Source: Bacteroidota bacterium (lineage in GTDB: Bacteria > Bacteroidota > Bacteroidia > UBA8524). From it: a stretch of 64,000 bases of DNA. The notes beneath the pieces were generated by a model. The model was not told the DNA's origin and searched no databases. It saw only the letters and a list, made by a program, of their open reading frames with translations. This document shows positions 29,772 through 40,269 of the stretch, in pieces. Made by a program: the position numbers and the translations under genes. The stretch's first letter is position 1, and each line of letters starts with the position of its first letter. The stretch spans positions 27,443-91,442 of the forward strand of contig WBUH01000002.1 in assembly GCA_008933805.1 (NCBI GenBank). The letters are read 5' to 3'.

Positions 29772-30779
29772 TTAGTTTACTAAAAGTTTTGCGGTGTATT
29801 GTACACTGTTGGCAGGTAGTACAATATAGTAAATACCAGTTGTAAGCGGATGCTCAAGCGCATACTCCGCAGTTGTTGTTCCTATTTTGCGGGTAGCTTG
29901 GGTTATCATTTTTCCCAAAGCATCATAAATATATACAGTAGGCAAATTTTCGGGTAACCCAGTCACATTTAAACAAGATTGGTTTAACCACACTCTCACG
30001 TCGTCTTTAGTTGCAGTTACTACTGAATTTGATGGATTTTTTAGGATATATATACCGCGACGGGTGTTGTTGTAAAATGGCGATTGTACCCTAACTGAGT
30101 CCATTTCAAATAAAGGAGCGTTGTTGTAAAGGTTGTACCAACTGTGTTTTACTCTATGCACTTGTTGCACATAGCCCCCTGCGCCCTGTAATGTATCATA
30201 GTAAAGCGTTTCAGTACGTATTCTTACCACATTGTTATAAGTTCCTTGGGGCAGAACCAATGTTCCGTAACTATCGGCGGTAATTGTGTAAGCCCCTCCA
30301 CTTTTGTACGAATAGGTATCGTACTTGTATTGATAAAGAGCATCGCTTGTGTGCACAGCCTGATACGTTTGCGGGCTAACGCTCCTTACTTGAGGACGAC
30401 TGTATTTAAGTAGTATGTTGTTGTAATCCAGCCATGCTCCTATTTCGTAAATAGTATCATTTCTTTGCTGAAAATACAAAGTAGTACCGTCGTTTCCCAC
30501 CTCTGCGAGGGTTGCCGCAGGGAAACTGTCGCCCATTTCGGTTATTTCGGGTAATACGTATTGTTTTGTGTAGGTTTCATTTGTTTGCACCAAGTTGGCA
30601 AAGTTCCATATTGCATTAGCACCCGATGCTCCCGAGTGGATGTTGGAGGTATCCATCACATAAAAGTTTACTACACTGCCCGGTGTAAATTTTTCATGGT
30701 TATTGAGTGTGGGCTGGGCCCAAAGCGAGCCGATAGCGGCCACTAAACTCATTGTTACAGATAAAAGAATTGTTTTCAT
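29772..30779 (-). CDS. Secreted protein with a T9SS C-terminal sorting domain
   Basis: Start trimmed to MKTILLSV (signal peptide). The C-terminus GIYYIVLPANSVQYTAKLLVN is a type-A Por sorting-domain-like sequence. Confidence 0.55.
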   Translation of the reverse strand: MKTILLSVTMSLVAAIGSLWAQPTLNNHEKFTPGSVVNFYVMDTSNIHSGASGANAIWNFANLVQTNETYTKQYVLPEITEMGDSFPAATLAEVGNDGTTLYFQQRNDTIYEIGAWLDYNNILLKYSRPQVRSVSPQTYQAVHTSDALYQYKYDTYSYKSGGAYTITADSYGTLVLPQGTYNNVVRIRTETLYYDTLQGAGGYVQQVHRVKHSWYNLYNNAPLFEMDSVRVQSPFYNNTRRGIYILKNPSNSVVTATKDDVRVWLNQSCLNVTGLPENLPTVYIYDALGKMITQATRKIGTTTAEYALEHPLTTGIYYIVLPANSVQYTAKLLVN

Positions 30780-30978
30780 AGTTTTAAATAGAGATGCAAA
30801 CATAAAGTAGTTTATATTGTAAACCAAATAATTTTTTGTTACCTCAAGGTTAACACTCGTTAGTTTATACCATTGGTTTTCAGCAGGTGAGAGTAGTTAT
30901 AAGCTAAAACACAAAACTTTGCACTTTTTTAAATGTTAGGCTGTTTAGTATATATTTGCACACTTTAAAATTTTTGAT

Positions 30979-32121
30979 ATGAATTTCCAGCTTACGGAAG
31001 AACATCTGATGATACAAAAAGCAGCTCGCGATTTCGCTGAAACCGAATTGCTGCCCGGTGTAATTGAAAGGGATGAAAAGTGTGAATTCCCTTACGAACA
31101 AATTAGAAAACTGGGCGAACTAGGCTTTTTGGGCATGATGGTGAGCCCTGAGTATGGCGGAAGTGGTTTAGATACCATATCTTACGTGCTTGCCATGGAA
31201 GAAATATCAAAGGTTGATGCATCAGCATCAGTAGTAATGTCAGTAAACAACTCATTGGTTTGCTGGGGTTTAGAAACCTTTGGTAATGAAGAGCAAAAGC
31301 GTAAATACTTGGTGCCCCTTGCAAAAGGTGAGATACACGGTGCTTTTTGCTTAAGCGAACCTGAGGCAGGTAGTGATGCAACATCACAACGTACTACTGC
31401 TGAGGATAAAGGTGATTATTATTTATTAAACGGAACTAAAAACTGGATTACCAACGGTAACAGTGGTTCGGTATATTTAGTAATTGCACAAACTCACCCA
31501 GAAAAAGGACATAAAGGTATCAATGCTTTTATAGTTGAAAAAAGCTGGGAAGGTGTGCAAGTGGGACGTAAAGAAGATAAAATGGGTATCCGCGGCAGCG
31601 ATACGCACTCTATTATGTTCCAAGATGTGAAAGTGCCTAAAGAAAACCGTATCGGCGAAGATGGCTTCGGGTTTAAGTTTGCTATGAAAACCCTTGCAGG
31701 TGGTCGTATCGGTATTGCTTCGCAAGCTTTGGGTATTGCCAGCGGCGCTTATGAACGTTCGATAGAATACAGTAAACAACGTAAGGCGTTTGGTAAAGAA
31801 ATCTCACAACACCAAGCTATACAGTTTAAGTTGGCCGATATGGCAACCGAAATTGAAGCTGCACGTTTGCTTTGCCTTAAAGCTGCCTGGATGAAAGATA
31901 ACCACATGGATTATGGTTTGGCCAGCAGTATGGCTAAAGTATTTGCCAGCGAAACTGCGATGAAAACCACCACTGAGGCGGTGCAAATACATGGCGGTTA
32001 CGGTTATGTACGCGAATACCACGTTGAACGTATGATGCGTGATGCTAAAATTACTCAGATATACGAAGGTACCAGCGAGGTAAACCGTATTGTAATTTCA
32101 CGCTCAATATTGAAAGACTAA
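30979..32121 (+). CDS. Acyl-CoA dehydrogenase (short/medium-chain type)
   Basis: 380 aa. ACAD N-terminus FQLTEEHLMIQKAARDFAE, and a C-terminal catalytic region IYEGTSEV. Confidence 0.9.
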   Translation: MNFQLTEEHLMIQKAARDFAETELLPGVIERDEKCEFPYEQIRKLGELGFLGMMVSPEYGGSGLDTISYVLAMEEISKVDASASVVMSVNNSLVCWGLETFGNEEQKRKYLVPLAKGEIHGAFCLSEPEAGSDATSQRTTAEDKGDYYLLNGTKNWITNGNSGSVYLVIAQTHPEKGHKGINAFIVEKSWEGVQVGRKEDKMGIRGSDTHSIMFQDVKVPKENRIGEDGFGFKFAMKTLAGGRIGIASQALGIASGAYERSIEYSKQRKAFGKEISQHQAIQFKLADMATEIEAARLLCLKAAWMKDNHMDYGLASSMAKVFASETAMKTTTEAVQIHGGYGYVREYHVERMMRDAKITQIYEGTSEVNRIVISRSILKD

Positions 32122-32145
32122 TCTGTTTAGGAATATTATTTATAC

Positions 32146-32172
32146 AAGCCCTGCACAATCGTGCAGGGCTTT
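32146..32172. terminator. Bidirectional rho-independent terminator between convergent genes
   Basis: aagccctgcac aatc gtgcagggctt followed by ttttttgtt. Confidence 0.7.
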
Positions 32173-32179
32173 TTTGTTG

Positions 32180-32752
32180 CTACCAATCTTTAGCCAGCTC
32201 CTTTATTTTTACTAAGTCCTGTTCCAGTTCTTTTGGTTTCTTGTACCGCACGCTGGTAATGTAAGTAACCTTTACAGGCTTAATGCCGCAAAATTTTAGG
32301 ATGGCATTTTTTAACAGATTGGTGCCGGCTGAGTGGTATGCAAACTTGTACCAAAGCACGGGAGCATCCATTGTTGTAATTAGGTGCGCGCTGCGACCTT
32401 TAAGCAGTTTATCCCAAAGCGGGTCGTTATCATGGTATTTATAGGCAAACCCCGAATAAAATGCCCTGTCAAACAGGCCTTTTAATATTGCAGGCGGACC
32501 ACCCCACCACGTAGGGTACACAATTACAAAATGCTGTGCCCACAATATCTTTCGCTGAAAATCAACCAAATCAGGCTCTAACGTTTGTGTGGTATGGTAA
32601 CCCTCACGTAAAATGGGGTCAAACTGCATATCACCGATATTAAGCACTTCAATAGTGTGTCCTATTTGTTTAGCGCCTTCAATGTATGCCGTACAAATAC
32701 TTTTTGAGAAACTGTGCGTTTCTGTATTTCCGTTAAGCAGGAGAATGTTCAT
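32180..32752 (-). CDS. NAD(P)H-dependent oxidoreductase, flavodoxin-like fold (NQO/GSP14-type)
   Basis: 190 aa. MNILLLNGN...YPTWWGGPPAILKGLFDR matches the flavodoxin_2 family pattern. Confidence 0.75.
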   Translation of the reverse strand: MNILLLNGNTETHSFSKSICTAYIEGAKQIGHTIEVLNIGDMQFDPILREGYHTTQTLEPDLVDFQRKILWAQHFVIVYPTWWGGPPAILKGLFDRAFYSGFAYKYHDNDPLWDKLLKGRSAHLITTMDAPVLWYKFAYHSAGTNLLKNAILKFCGIKPVKVTYITSVRYKKPKELEQDLVKIKELAKDW

Positions 32753-32899
32753 CAGGGTGGTATTAGCTAACGAAATTCAGTAAATGCGTCAGCGAAAAAA
32801 ATGACGATAGATAACTCTAAAACTGATTTGTATCAGCGCGAATTAGCGTTTAATATTCTTAATTGATAACTTGCGTAATACAGCACTAAATTCATCTTT

Positions 32900-33811
32900 A
32901 TGGGTAAGCCCTTTTTTACACTCTTTATTTTTTGCATTGCAGCATTAACGTATAATTTAAGTGCGCAAAACCGCAAACAACAGTTTGATTTATTAGTTGA
33001 GAAGAAAGACACAGCAGGGCAAAGGGTGCTTCTTGAGAAATGGCAGCTTGCCGATAGTAACGATGCTGAGTTATACGTAGCACAGTTTAATTACTATGTA
33101 AACATAAGTCGCAGGGAGATTTTAGTATTCGGAGACGAGCCGACGGGTGAGGCACTTGAGATTAAAAGTATAGATACTGCAAATAAAGAACCTGTTAGCT
33201 ATTTGTACGGACAAAAGGATTACAATACTGTGCTGTTGCAAATGGGGTTTGATTGTATCAGTAAAGGAATAAAAAAACACCCTGCCCGCTTGGATATGCG
33301 TTTTGGGAAGGTGTACATGTATGGGGCTGTTTTAGATTGGGCAAGCTTTACCGATGAAATAATCAAAACGGTTGAATACTCGGCAACTATTAAAAACAAA
33401 TGGTTGTGGGCAAATAATAAACCGGCAGAAAATGCTAAGGTTTTAATGTTGAGTTCGATTCAGGAGTATCAGGCACAACTTTATAATACAAACGATGACA
33501 ACTTATTGGTGTACATTAAATCAATTGCTTTGGCCGTACTTAAACATTACCCTGATAATGTTGAGAGCTACTCTAATTTAGCGGTTGTTTATATAATTAG
33601 TGAAGACTACGACAAGGCTATTGAAGAACTTAAGAAAGCCGAAAAGCTTGCCCCTAAAGATGATATTGTGTTGAACAACATGGCACATGCGTATAAAATG
33701 AAAGGCGATACGGAGAATGCTATTAAGTATTATAAATTGGTGATACAGTATGGTGACGAGTCGTCAAAACAGTTTGCTGAAAGTGCAATAGAAAGCTTGC
33801 AAACAAAATAG
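32900..33811 (+). CDS. Hypothetical secreted protein with C-terminal TPR repeats
   Basis: Signal peptide. The C-terminal ~100 aa show a TPR-like periodicity (YSNLAVVYIISEDYDKAIEELKKAEKLAP...). Confidence 0.45.
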   Translation: MGKPFFTLFIFCIAALTYNLSAQNRKQQFDLLVEKKDTAGQRVLLEKWQLADSNDAELYVAQFNYYVNISRREILVFGDEPTGEALEIKSIDTANKEPVSYLYGQKDYNTVLLQMGFDCISKGIKKHPARLDMRFGKVYMYGAVLDWASFTDEIIKTVEYSATIKNKWLWANNKPAENAKVLMLSSIQEYQAQLYNTNDDNLLVYIKSIALAVLKHYPDNVESYSNLAVVYIISEDYDKAIEELKKAEKLAPKDDIVLNNMAHAYKMKGDTENAIKYYKLVIQYGDESSKQFAESAIESLQTK

Positions 33812-33865
33812 CTGTGGGGATTCGTTTCCTATCATTCCCAACTTGATGGGGAATCTATAATAAGC

Positions 33866-34789
33866 TTAACCCAACAACTCAAACATTACCCCTTCTTTTA
33901 AGGAGTAGGTAGAGCAGAATAACTCACTAAGGTTATTGGCACGAAGGGCGTAATCAATCAGGCAACTGGCAACCACCATCATTTCAACGCGGTAATCTAC
34001 CAAACCTGCCATTTTTTTACGGTCTTCAAGGGTTGATAATAGCAGTATCGTATGTATTTGGCTATAACTCTCTAACGGGATGTTGCACCAAGTTTCGTTG
34101 TTTTCAAGTAAATGGGTGCCAAAACGTTCGTTCACCAATTCGCAGATACTATCAAACGACCCTGCCGACCCTACCAGTTTTGTTACCGGAAATTTGGCTA
34201 CTGCCTCTCTAAGCGGAGCAAGGTGCTTTTCTAAGAAAGAATTTAAGGCTTTCAAATCACCGGCTGAGATGGGCTCAGTAGTATGGAACATTTCGGCAAG
34301 GCGCGCAGCACCTACTTCAAAGCTGCCATGCCAGTGTATTTTTTCGTTATTACCCAGTATAAACTCAACACTTCCGCCGCCAATATCCATTACCAGTACA
34401 TTTTCATCGGTAAGAGGGTAGGCGTGTTTTACACCGTTGTATATCAATTCAGCCTCACGCAAGCCGTCAATAGTGGCAAGTTCAATACCTGTTTTGTCTA
34501 AAACTTCTGCACTAAATTGGGCACCATTTGCTGCTGAACGTATGGCCGATGTAGCAAAGGCAGCTACTTTATCAGCCCCAAATTCTTTAATTTTTTCACC
34601 AAAAAAAGTAAGCGCATTAATACCCCGTTCATACGCAGCGGCTTGTATAGTCCCTTTATTTATACCCCCTTCGCCCAATTTCACCGGAAACTGCTTGCGG
34701 TATTCAGTAGTAAAAGTCCCTTGGTTTAGCGACACTATTAATAAATGAAACGTGTTTGTGCCACAATCTATAACCGCCAGTTTTTGCAT
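33866..34789 (-). CDS. Ppx/GppA family phosphatase (exopolyphosphatase-like)
   Basis: 307 aa. Actin-like ATPase N-terminus LAVIDCGTNTFHLLIV and the motif DIGGGSVEF. Confidence 0.8.
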   Translation of the reverse strand: MQKLAVIDCGTNTFHLLIVSLNQGTFTTEYRKQFPVKLGEGGINKGTIQAAAYERGINALTFFGEKIKEFGADKVAAFATSAIRSAANGAQFSAEVLDKTGIELATIDGLREAELIYNGVKHAYPLTDENVLVMDIGGGSVEFILGNNEKIHWHGSFEVGAARLAEMFHTTEPISAGDLKALNSFLEKHLAPLREAVAKFPVTKLVGSAGSFDSICELVNERFGTHLLENNETWCNIPLESYSQIHTILLLSTLEDRKKMAGLVDYRVEMMVVASCLIDYALRANNLSELFCSTYSLKEGVMFELLG

Positions 34790-34824
34790 CCGTTGTATTT
34801 CTGCTTCTTAGTTAGGTGTATAAT

Positions 34825-36078
34825 TTATTTATCTGCCAGCCAGCTTTCGGGGTTCAGGTTATTACTGTTTTGCCATACCTCAAAATGCAGTACGGTTTTG
34901 CCTTCTTCAGTATCGTGGTATATGATACCTAATTCCTGTTTAACTTTTACCTTATCGCCTCTGTTCACAAGCACTTGGTCAAGGTGCGTGTACACCGTAA
35001 AATAGTTACCGTGTTTCACCATCACCGCTTTTTGCATACCGGGTATTGAAAATACCGAACGTACTTCGCCTTCAAACACACAACGGGCTTTTGAGCCTTT
35101 AACGGTGGCAATATCTACTCCGTTGTTTTCAATTGTAATATTCTTAAGTTCAGGGTGGGCATACGTACCAAATTTGCCAACCACAATACCCGTTTCAGTA
35201 GGCCAAGGTAATTTACCCTTGTTGGCACTAAAGTTTTTGGCAAGGGCAGCCCCTGCAGGGGTCAGCTCCATTTCACCTTTTTTCTTACTATCCTCGGGTT
35301 TGTTTTTATCCTTGTCCTTACCTTTACCTTTTCCCGTTGGTTCCTTAATCTCTTCCTGTATCAGCTTTCGTATTTGGTAGTCAAGCTGTTTGGCTGACTT
35401 TTCTTTTTGCTTAATCTCGTCTTTTAGCTCTTTTTCCTTTTGTTGAAGGGTTTTTACCAATTGCTGGGTTTCTTTCACATCCACCTTCAACTCATTGTTT
35501 TCGGTTTCTTTTTGTCCCAATAACTCGTTTTTCTCACGCTTTATTTCTTTCAGCTTGGTAATTTTTCCCGTGATACTGTCTTGCATGTGTTTAATCAAAA
35601 CCAGCTGACGTTCGCGGTCTTCACTCACCTGTTGCACATATTTTATACGCTTCACCGCTTGGTTAAAGTTGTCAGACGAAAGAACATACGAAGCCAAGTC
35701 GCCCGATTCACGCATTTTATAAGCACGGTACACCATGTCGGCATATTCGTCTTTTAATCGTTTTAATTCATGACCCAACTGCTCAAGAGTAGCATTTTCA
35801 ACGGTAATCTGCCCGTCAACCACTACTATCTCGTCAGAGATAGTGCCTATCAATTCCTCGCGCACCTTTATTTGCTTATCCAGCAGGTTAAGCTCGTTCA
35901 GTGTCTTTTTCTTTTGTGTGCGGGTTTGGTCTAAGATTTTTTTGGTGAGCTTTATTTCCTGCTCTTTCTGCTTGCGCTTTTTCTCAAGCTCCTTGCGCGA
36001 TTGTTGTGCAGAAACTGTTAAAGGCAATAGCAACAGTGCCGTGTATGTGATTACTATGAACCATCTACTTATGCTCAT
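34825..36078 (-). CDS. M23 family metallopeptidase with a long N-terminal coiled coil (EnvC-like murein hydrolase activator)
   Basis: 417 aa. Signal peptide, about 250 aa of Lys/Glu-rich coiled coil, then a C-terminal LytM/M23 domain (GVDIATVKGSKARCVFEGEV...HFEVWQ). Confidence 0.8.
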   Translation of the reverse strand: MSISRWFIVITYTALLLLPLTVSAQQSRKELEKKRKQKEQEIKLTKKILDQTRTQKKKTLNELNLLDKQIKVREELIGTISDEIVVVDGQITVENATLEQLGHELKRLKDEYADMVYRAYKMRESGDLASYVLSSDNFNQAVKRIKYVQQVSEDRERQLVLIKHMQDSITGKITKLKEIKREKNELLGQKETENNELKVDVKETQQLVKTLQQKEKELKDEIKQKEKSAKQLDYQIRKLIQEEIKEPTGKGKGKDKDKNKPEDSKKKGEMELTPAGAALAKNFSANKGKLPWPTETGIVVGKFGTYAHPELKNITIENNGVDIATVKGSKARCVFEGEVRSVFSIPGMQKAVMVKHGNYFTVYTHLDQVLVNRGDKVKVKQELGIIYHDTEEGKTVLHFEVWQNSNNLNPESWLADK

Positions 36079-36859
36079 ATTTTGCAGGTATCTTAAAAGG
36101 CCAGTCGGTTATGGTTAGAGTGCTAATATCGGAATATTTGAGCGATGCCTTCATTTGCTGGGTGTTGGTAACTGCGTTTAGCGAAACTAAAGAAGGCAGT
36201 ATACGTGAGTTTTGCTCAACAAAGTCGCTGTATATAACTTCTAACTTGTTAGACGTTCCAGCCTCGTCAGCATTGATTTTCACAGGTCTGAACGTCCCAG
36301 TATTAAAGGCTTCCACCAACAAAAATTGTTTAATGCGGGTTGTTATTTTCATCGCCTCGTCAGTATTTTCATACGACGAGTTGTTATCATGTGTAAGTAT
36401 TGAATTGCCTACCAATGCGTCTTGTATTTGATCAATAGTAAGCGGGGTGCCTGTGTAGGCTGCAATAAAATCAATTTTGCGGCTGGTAATGGTTTTTTCG
36501 CTGTAATTAATGATGTGCACTGAATCAGGGGTGATAAGTACACGGGCTACTTCAAAAAATATTGCCGATGCCGACATCCATATTTTTTGACCGCGCTGCA
36601 TACGCACATTAACGCTGATAGGCACCGGTGAGCCTGAATAATCACAAACTGCATTTGCCGAAAAATATTCAAACTCAAAACGGTTGTTTTTAATAGCGCT
36701 GAATACCTCGGTTTTGTTATCGCGGTTAACAACAGTATTGTTGGGAGCTTTTGAGATTGATTTTTTACTTCTGCACGAGGTAGCCCCTAATGAAATCACT
36801 AGTAGTAATAACAGGATAGGGTAGGCAGAGCGGCTATTAATCTGAAAGTTTACCTTCAT
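36065..36859 (-). CDS. DUF4292-like lipoprotein
   Basis: 264 aa, lipobox GATSC. It sits in a conserved Bacteroidota position between the TPR gene and the M23 gene. The domain name is recalled, not verified. Confidence 0.5.
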   Translation of the reverse strand: MKVNFQINSRSAYPILLLLLVISLGATSCRSKKSISKAPNNTVVNRDNKTEVFSAIKNNRFEFEYFSANAVCDYSGSPVPISVNVRMQRGQKIWMSASAIFFEVARVLITPDSVHIINYSEKTITSRKIDFIAAYTGTPLTIDQIQDALVGNSILTHDNNSSYENTDEAMKITTRIKQFLLVEAFNTGTFRPVKINADEAGTSNKLEVIYSDFVEQNSRILPSLVSLNAVTNTQQMKASLKYSDISTLTITDWPFKIPAKYEHK

Positions 36860-38588
36860 TTATTTTTTTATCAAGTTGTGCTGAGGGGTTTCCGCTTTGT
36901 TTAGCCTTGCGCCAATACTCAACGGCTTTGTCTTTGTTCCCCAGTTGGTAGTATACATCGCCCAAATGCTCTAAAATATCCCCATCGGTAGGAGAGAGGG
37001 CAAGGGCTTTTTCAATATAGGTTAAGGCTTCTTCGTACAGCGAGCTTTTGTATAGCACCCAGCCGTACGTATCTAAATAGGCAGCTTCGTTGGGTTTTAA
37101 TTCAACAGCCTTTTTTGCCATGCTCAACGCTTTTTCTAACTGTTGCTCTTGTTGCGAAAGGTAGTAGGCATAGTTGTTTAGCACGTATGCGTTGTTACCG
37201 TCAATAGCCAAGGCTGATTCAAGCGAGGCATAACACAACAGGTATTCTTGTAATTTATAGTAGGCATCGCCTGCAATGGTGTACAATCCCATATTAACAA
37301 AATTGTCACCTATTCCTAAATCAATACCAGCCTGTGCAGTCGATGCGGCCTTCTTGTAGTTTTTTTGTTGGTACGATGCGTTAGCATTGTAATAATACAG
37401 CACTACTCTGTTTGGAAATAACTCCAACGCCTTATCGCTCTCATCGTGCAAATTTTTATAGTCCCCTGCTTCTTCATAGCAAGCCAGTAATTGCTGCCAT
37501 ACTTTAAAGTTGTTGTTATCCAGCGTAAGGGTAATTTTATATTGCTCGGCAGCTTTTACGTATTGCTTATCACCAAATAGCAAATCAGCATATATAGCGT
37601 GCGATTGGGGTTGGTCGGGGTGCTTTTCTACAGCTATTTCAGCCAGTTCAAATACCTGTTTGCGGTATTCAAGGTTATTATCACCCAGCGGAGCCATCGA
37701 AAGGATAACGTCTATCTTATCCTTTAATGATACTTCCTTGTCTTTAAACGCAAGTTTCAGTTCGTTAATTACGTTGGCACTATCGCCTTCTTGTCGGTAT
37801 ATATTAGCTAAGCCAAAATGCGCACGGCCGTTTTCAGGTTCAATAGCTAATATTTTGTTGTAATACTCAAGGGCTTTATCCTTTTTGCCTATTACTACAT
37901 ACAATTCAGCCAGCATACCCAAGTAATCGGTATTTCCGGGTACACTGTTCACCAGTTTTTGTACTTCTTCAATAGCCTTTTCAGGCTTATTCATATAGAG
38001 ATACAAATCTTCTTTTTTGCGTACCACTTCTTCCGAAAGTCCGAAGCGGGCTTCCATTTTATCCAAAATGGCTATTGCATCGAGGGGTTTACTTGCCAAT
38101 ACCAATTGTTCGGCAGCATTATCGTAATGGTCGGCAGTTTCAGGCGAAAGTTCAATCAGTTGAATAAAAATGGCTGCTGCGTCGGCATTCTTGCGAAACG
38201 ATTTCAGCAGCAAGGCTTTTTCTTCAAGATACCACACATTTTTGGGTGAAAGCTCAATGGCCTTATCAAGATAAGGAAGCACACCCGGTTTGCGGGTTTG
38301 CATATAACACAGGTATAACTGGTAATACACATCGGCTACCTTTTGAGTGATTTTAAGGCATTGCTCAAAGTTTTGCGCAGCCTCTTCGTACCTGCCAAGC
38401 TGTTTGTCTTTATTACCTTCAAAAAACAAGGCATCAAAGCGCATTTTGTCAGCTTCGTTTGCAAACAAAGGACCACCCGAACCTGCAGGGGCTTTGCGGG
38501 TATTGCCCGTGCTTTTGGGGCTCTTGCACCCTGCGGCCACAAGTGCCGCCAGCATAAAGATGTATAGTATATGTATTGAGGGGCGCAA
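36837..38588 (-). CDS. TPR-repeat lipoprotein
   Basis: 583 aa, lipobox AAGC, with multiple 34-aa TPR-like repeats throughout. Confidence 0.65.
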   Translation of the reverse strand: MRPSIHILYIFMLAALVAAGCKSPKSTGNTRKAPAGSGGPLFANEADKMRFDALFFEGNKDKQLGRYEEAAQNFEQCLKITQKVADVYYQLYLCYMQTRKPGVLPYLDKAIELSPKNVWYLEEKALLLKSFRKNADAAAIFIQLIELSPETADHYDNAAEQLVLASKPLDAIAILDKMEARFGLSEEVVRKKEDLYLYMNKPEKAIEEVQKLVNSVPGNTDYLGMLAELYVVIGKKDKALEYYNKILAIEPENGRAHFGLANIYRQEGDSANVINELKLAFKDKEVSLKDKIDVILSMAPLGDNNLEYRKQVFELAEIAVEKHPDQPQSHAIYADLLFGDKQYVKAAEQYKITLTLDNNNFKVWQQLLACYEEAGDYKNLHDESDKALELFPNRVVLYYYNANASYQQKNYKKAASTAQAGIDLGIGDNFVNMGLYTIAGDAYYKLQEYLLCYASLESALAIDGNNAYVLNNYAYYLSQQEQQLEKALSMAKKAVELKPNEAAYLDTYGWVLYKSSLYEEALTYIEKALALSPTDGDILEHLGDVYYQLGNKDKAVEYWRKAKQSGNPSAQLDKKINEGKLSD

Positions 38589-38654
38589 AGCGTAAGTATT
38601 TTTAAGAAAACGTAATATTAATAAAAATGTTACGCAAAAGGTAAACAGCTAAAA

Positions 38655-39662
38655 CTATTCCATAACAGAATAGTCGCTGATACTCAAGTCGTCTTGCTTA
38701 CCTGTAAACGATGCGTAGCTGCCTATCATGCTGCCGGTAATGTTGGCGTTTTTGATAGAAGTATGTTTTTGTACGATAGAATTTGAAACTATCGAGTTCT
38801 CAACTTTGCAGCCATCGCCCAGCGAGGCGTAAGGGCCTACTACCGAGTTGGTAATGGTTACGTTATTGCCGATAAAGCAAGGGGGGATAATTTGCGCATT
38901 GGTAAGTGTAGCGTTGGGGTTGGGTTGGCTGTAACGCTCGCGTTCCAACTCAAGCACGCGCTCGTTGGTGTAAACGGTAGCGGCTTTGTTACCGCAATCC
39001 AACCATTCTTTTACAGTACCGGGGTGAAACTTAAGCCCTTTGTTTTTCATATTTTCCAGGGCGTTGGTAAGTTGGTATTCACCTTTGTCTTTAATATCGT
39101 TATCCAACAGGTGTTTTATCTCTGCTGATAGGTTGTCACCGTCTTTAAAGTAATAGATGCCAATAATAGCAAGGTCAGAAACAAACTCTTGAGGTTTCTC
39201 AACAAACTCGCTGATGTGGCCATCGGCAGCAATTTTCACCACCCCGAATTGTTTGGGGTCTTCAACCTTATTTACCCAAATCACTCCGTCTTTTCCTGCA
39301 TCCAATGTAAAATCGGCACGGAAAATAGTATCTGCAAAAGCAACAATAACATTACCGCGCAAGCAAGGCTCTGCACAATACACTGCATGGGCAGTTCCTA
39401 AAGCTTCGTCTTGGTAAAATATTTTACCTTTTGCACCAATGTTTTCAGCAATTTTCAGAAGGTTAGCTTCGGCCTCAGCGCCAAAATTCCTACCAATTAC
39501 AAAGGCTACTTCCTCAATTTTTTCATTGCACATAGCCGATAAATCGTGAACAAGGTGCTCAACTATAGGTTTACCTGCTACCGGAATAAGGGGTTTTGGG
39601 GTAGTTAGGGTGTGGGGTCTCATACGTTTGCCCATCCCTGCCATTGGTACTATAATATTCAT
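38655..39662 (-). CDS. Sugar-phosphate nucleotidyltransferase with C-terminal left-handed beta-helix (GlmU/GCD1-like)
   Basis: N-terminal MNIIVPMAGMGKRMRP...KPLIPVAGKPI nucleotidyltransferase motif. C-terminal hexapeptide-repeat region. Confidence 0.72.
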   Translation of the reverse strand: MNIIVPMAGMGKRMRPHTLTTPKPLIPVAGKPIVEHLVHDLSAMCNEKIEEVAFVIGRNFGAEAEANLLKIAENIGAKGKIFYQDEALGTAHAVYCAEPCLRGNVIVAFADTIFRADFTLDAGKDGVIWVNKVEDPKQFGVVKIAADGHISEFVEKPQEFVSDLAIIGIYYFKDGDNLSAEIKHLLDNDIKDKGEYQLTNALENMKNKGLKFHPGTVKEWLDCGNKAATVYTNERVLELERERYSQPNPNATLTNAQIIPPCFIGNNVTITNSVVGPYASLGDGCKVENSIVSNSIVQKHTSIKNANITGSMIGSYASFTGKQDDLSISDYSVME

Positions 39663-39702
39663 TAGGGTAATTGGTGTCTTTATATTCGTTAAACTAAATC
39701 TA

Positions 39703-40140
39703 CTACTTCACTCCTGTATGACCGAATCCGCCTGCGTTTCGTTCGGTTTCGGTAAGTGTTTCAACGGGTTGCCATTGTACAGTCTCGTGGCGGGCTATTA
39801 CCAGTTGGGCAATGCGTTCGCCATCATTAATTACAAAATCTTCGGATGATAGATTAACCAGTAATACCTTCACTTCGCCACGGTAATCCGCATCAATAGT
39901 GCCGGGACTGTTAAGCACGGTAATTCCGTTTTTATAGGCCAATCCGCTGCGGGGTCTCACTTGAGCCTCATAGCTTTGGGGCAATTCAATAAAAATACCT
40001 GTGCTTATTAGTTTCCTTTCAAGCGGCTTCAAGGTTTCGGGCCCTTCAAGGTTGGCTCTTAAATCCATGCCTGCCGACAATCCGGTTTGGTATTGTGGCA
40101 ATGGGTGGTGCGAACTGTTTACTATCTTAACCTCTATCAA
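39703..40140 (-). CDS. dut: dUTP diphosphatase
   Basis: 145 aa with dUTPase motifs: [36 protein letters not shown]. Confidence 0.9.
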   Translation of the reverse strand: MIEVKIVNSSHHPLPQYQTGLSAGMDLRANLEGPETLKPLERKLISTGIFIELPQSYEAQVRPRSGLAYKNGITVLNSPGTIDADYRGEVKVLLVNLSSEDFVINDGERIAQLVIARHETVQWQPVETLTETERNAGGFGHTGVK

Positions 40141-40269
40141 AACTTTGTATTGTTTTGGCCTGCGAATTTAGCATTTTGAATGAAAAATGCCGTATTTATC
40201 TAATGGGATATTAAACCAAAAGCTATTGACAGTTGTTGTACTTTTGCACGCGTTTTTAAAAAATCAGGA

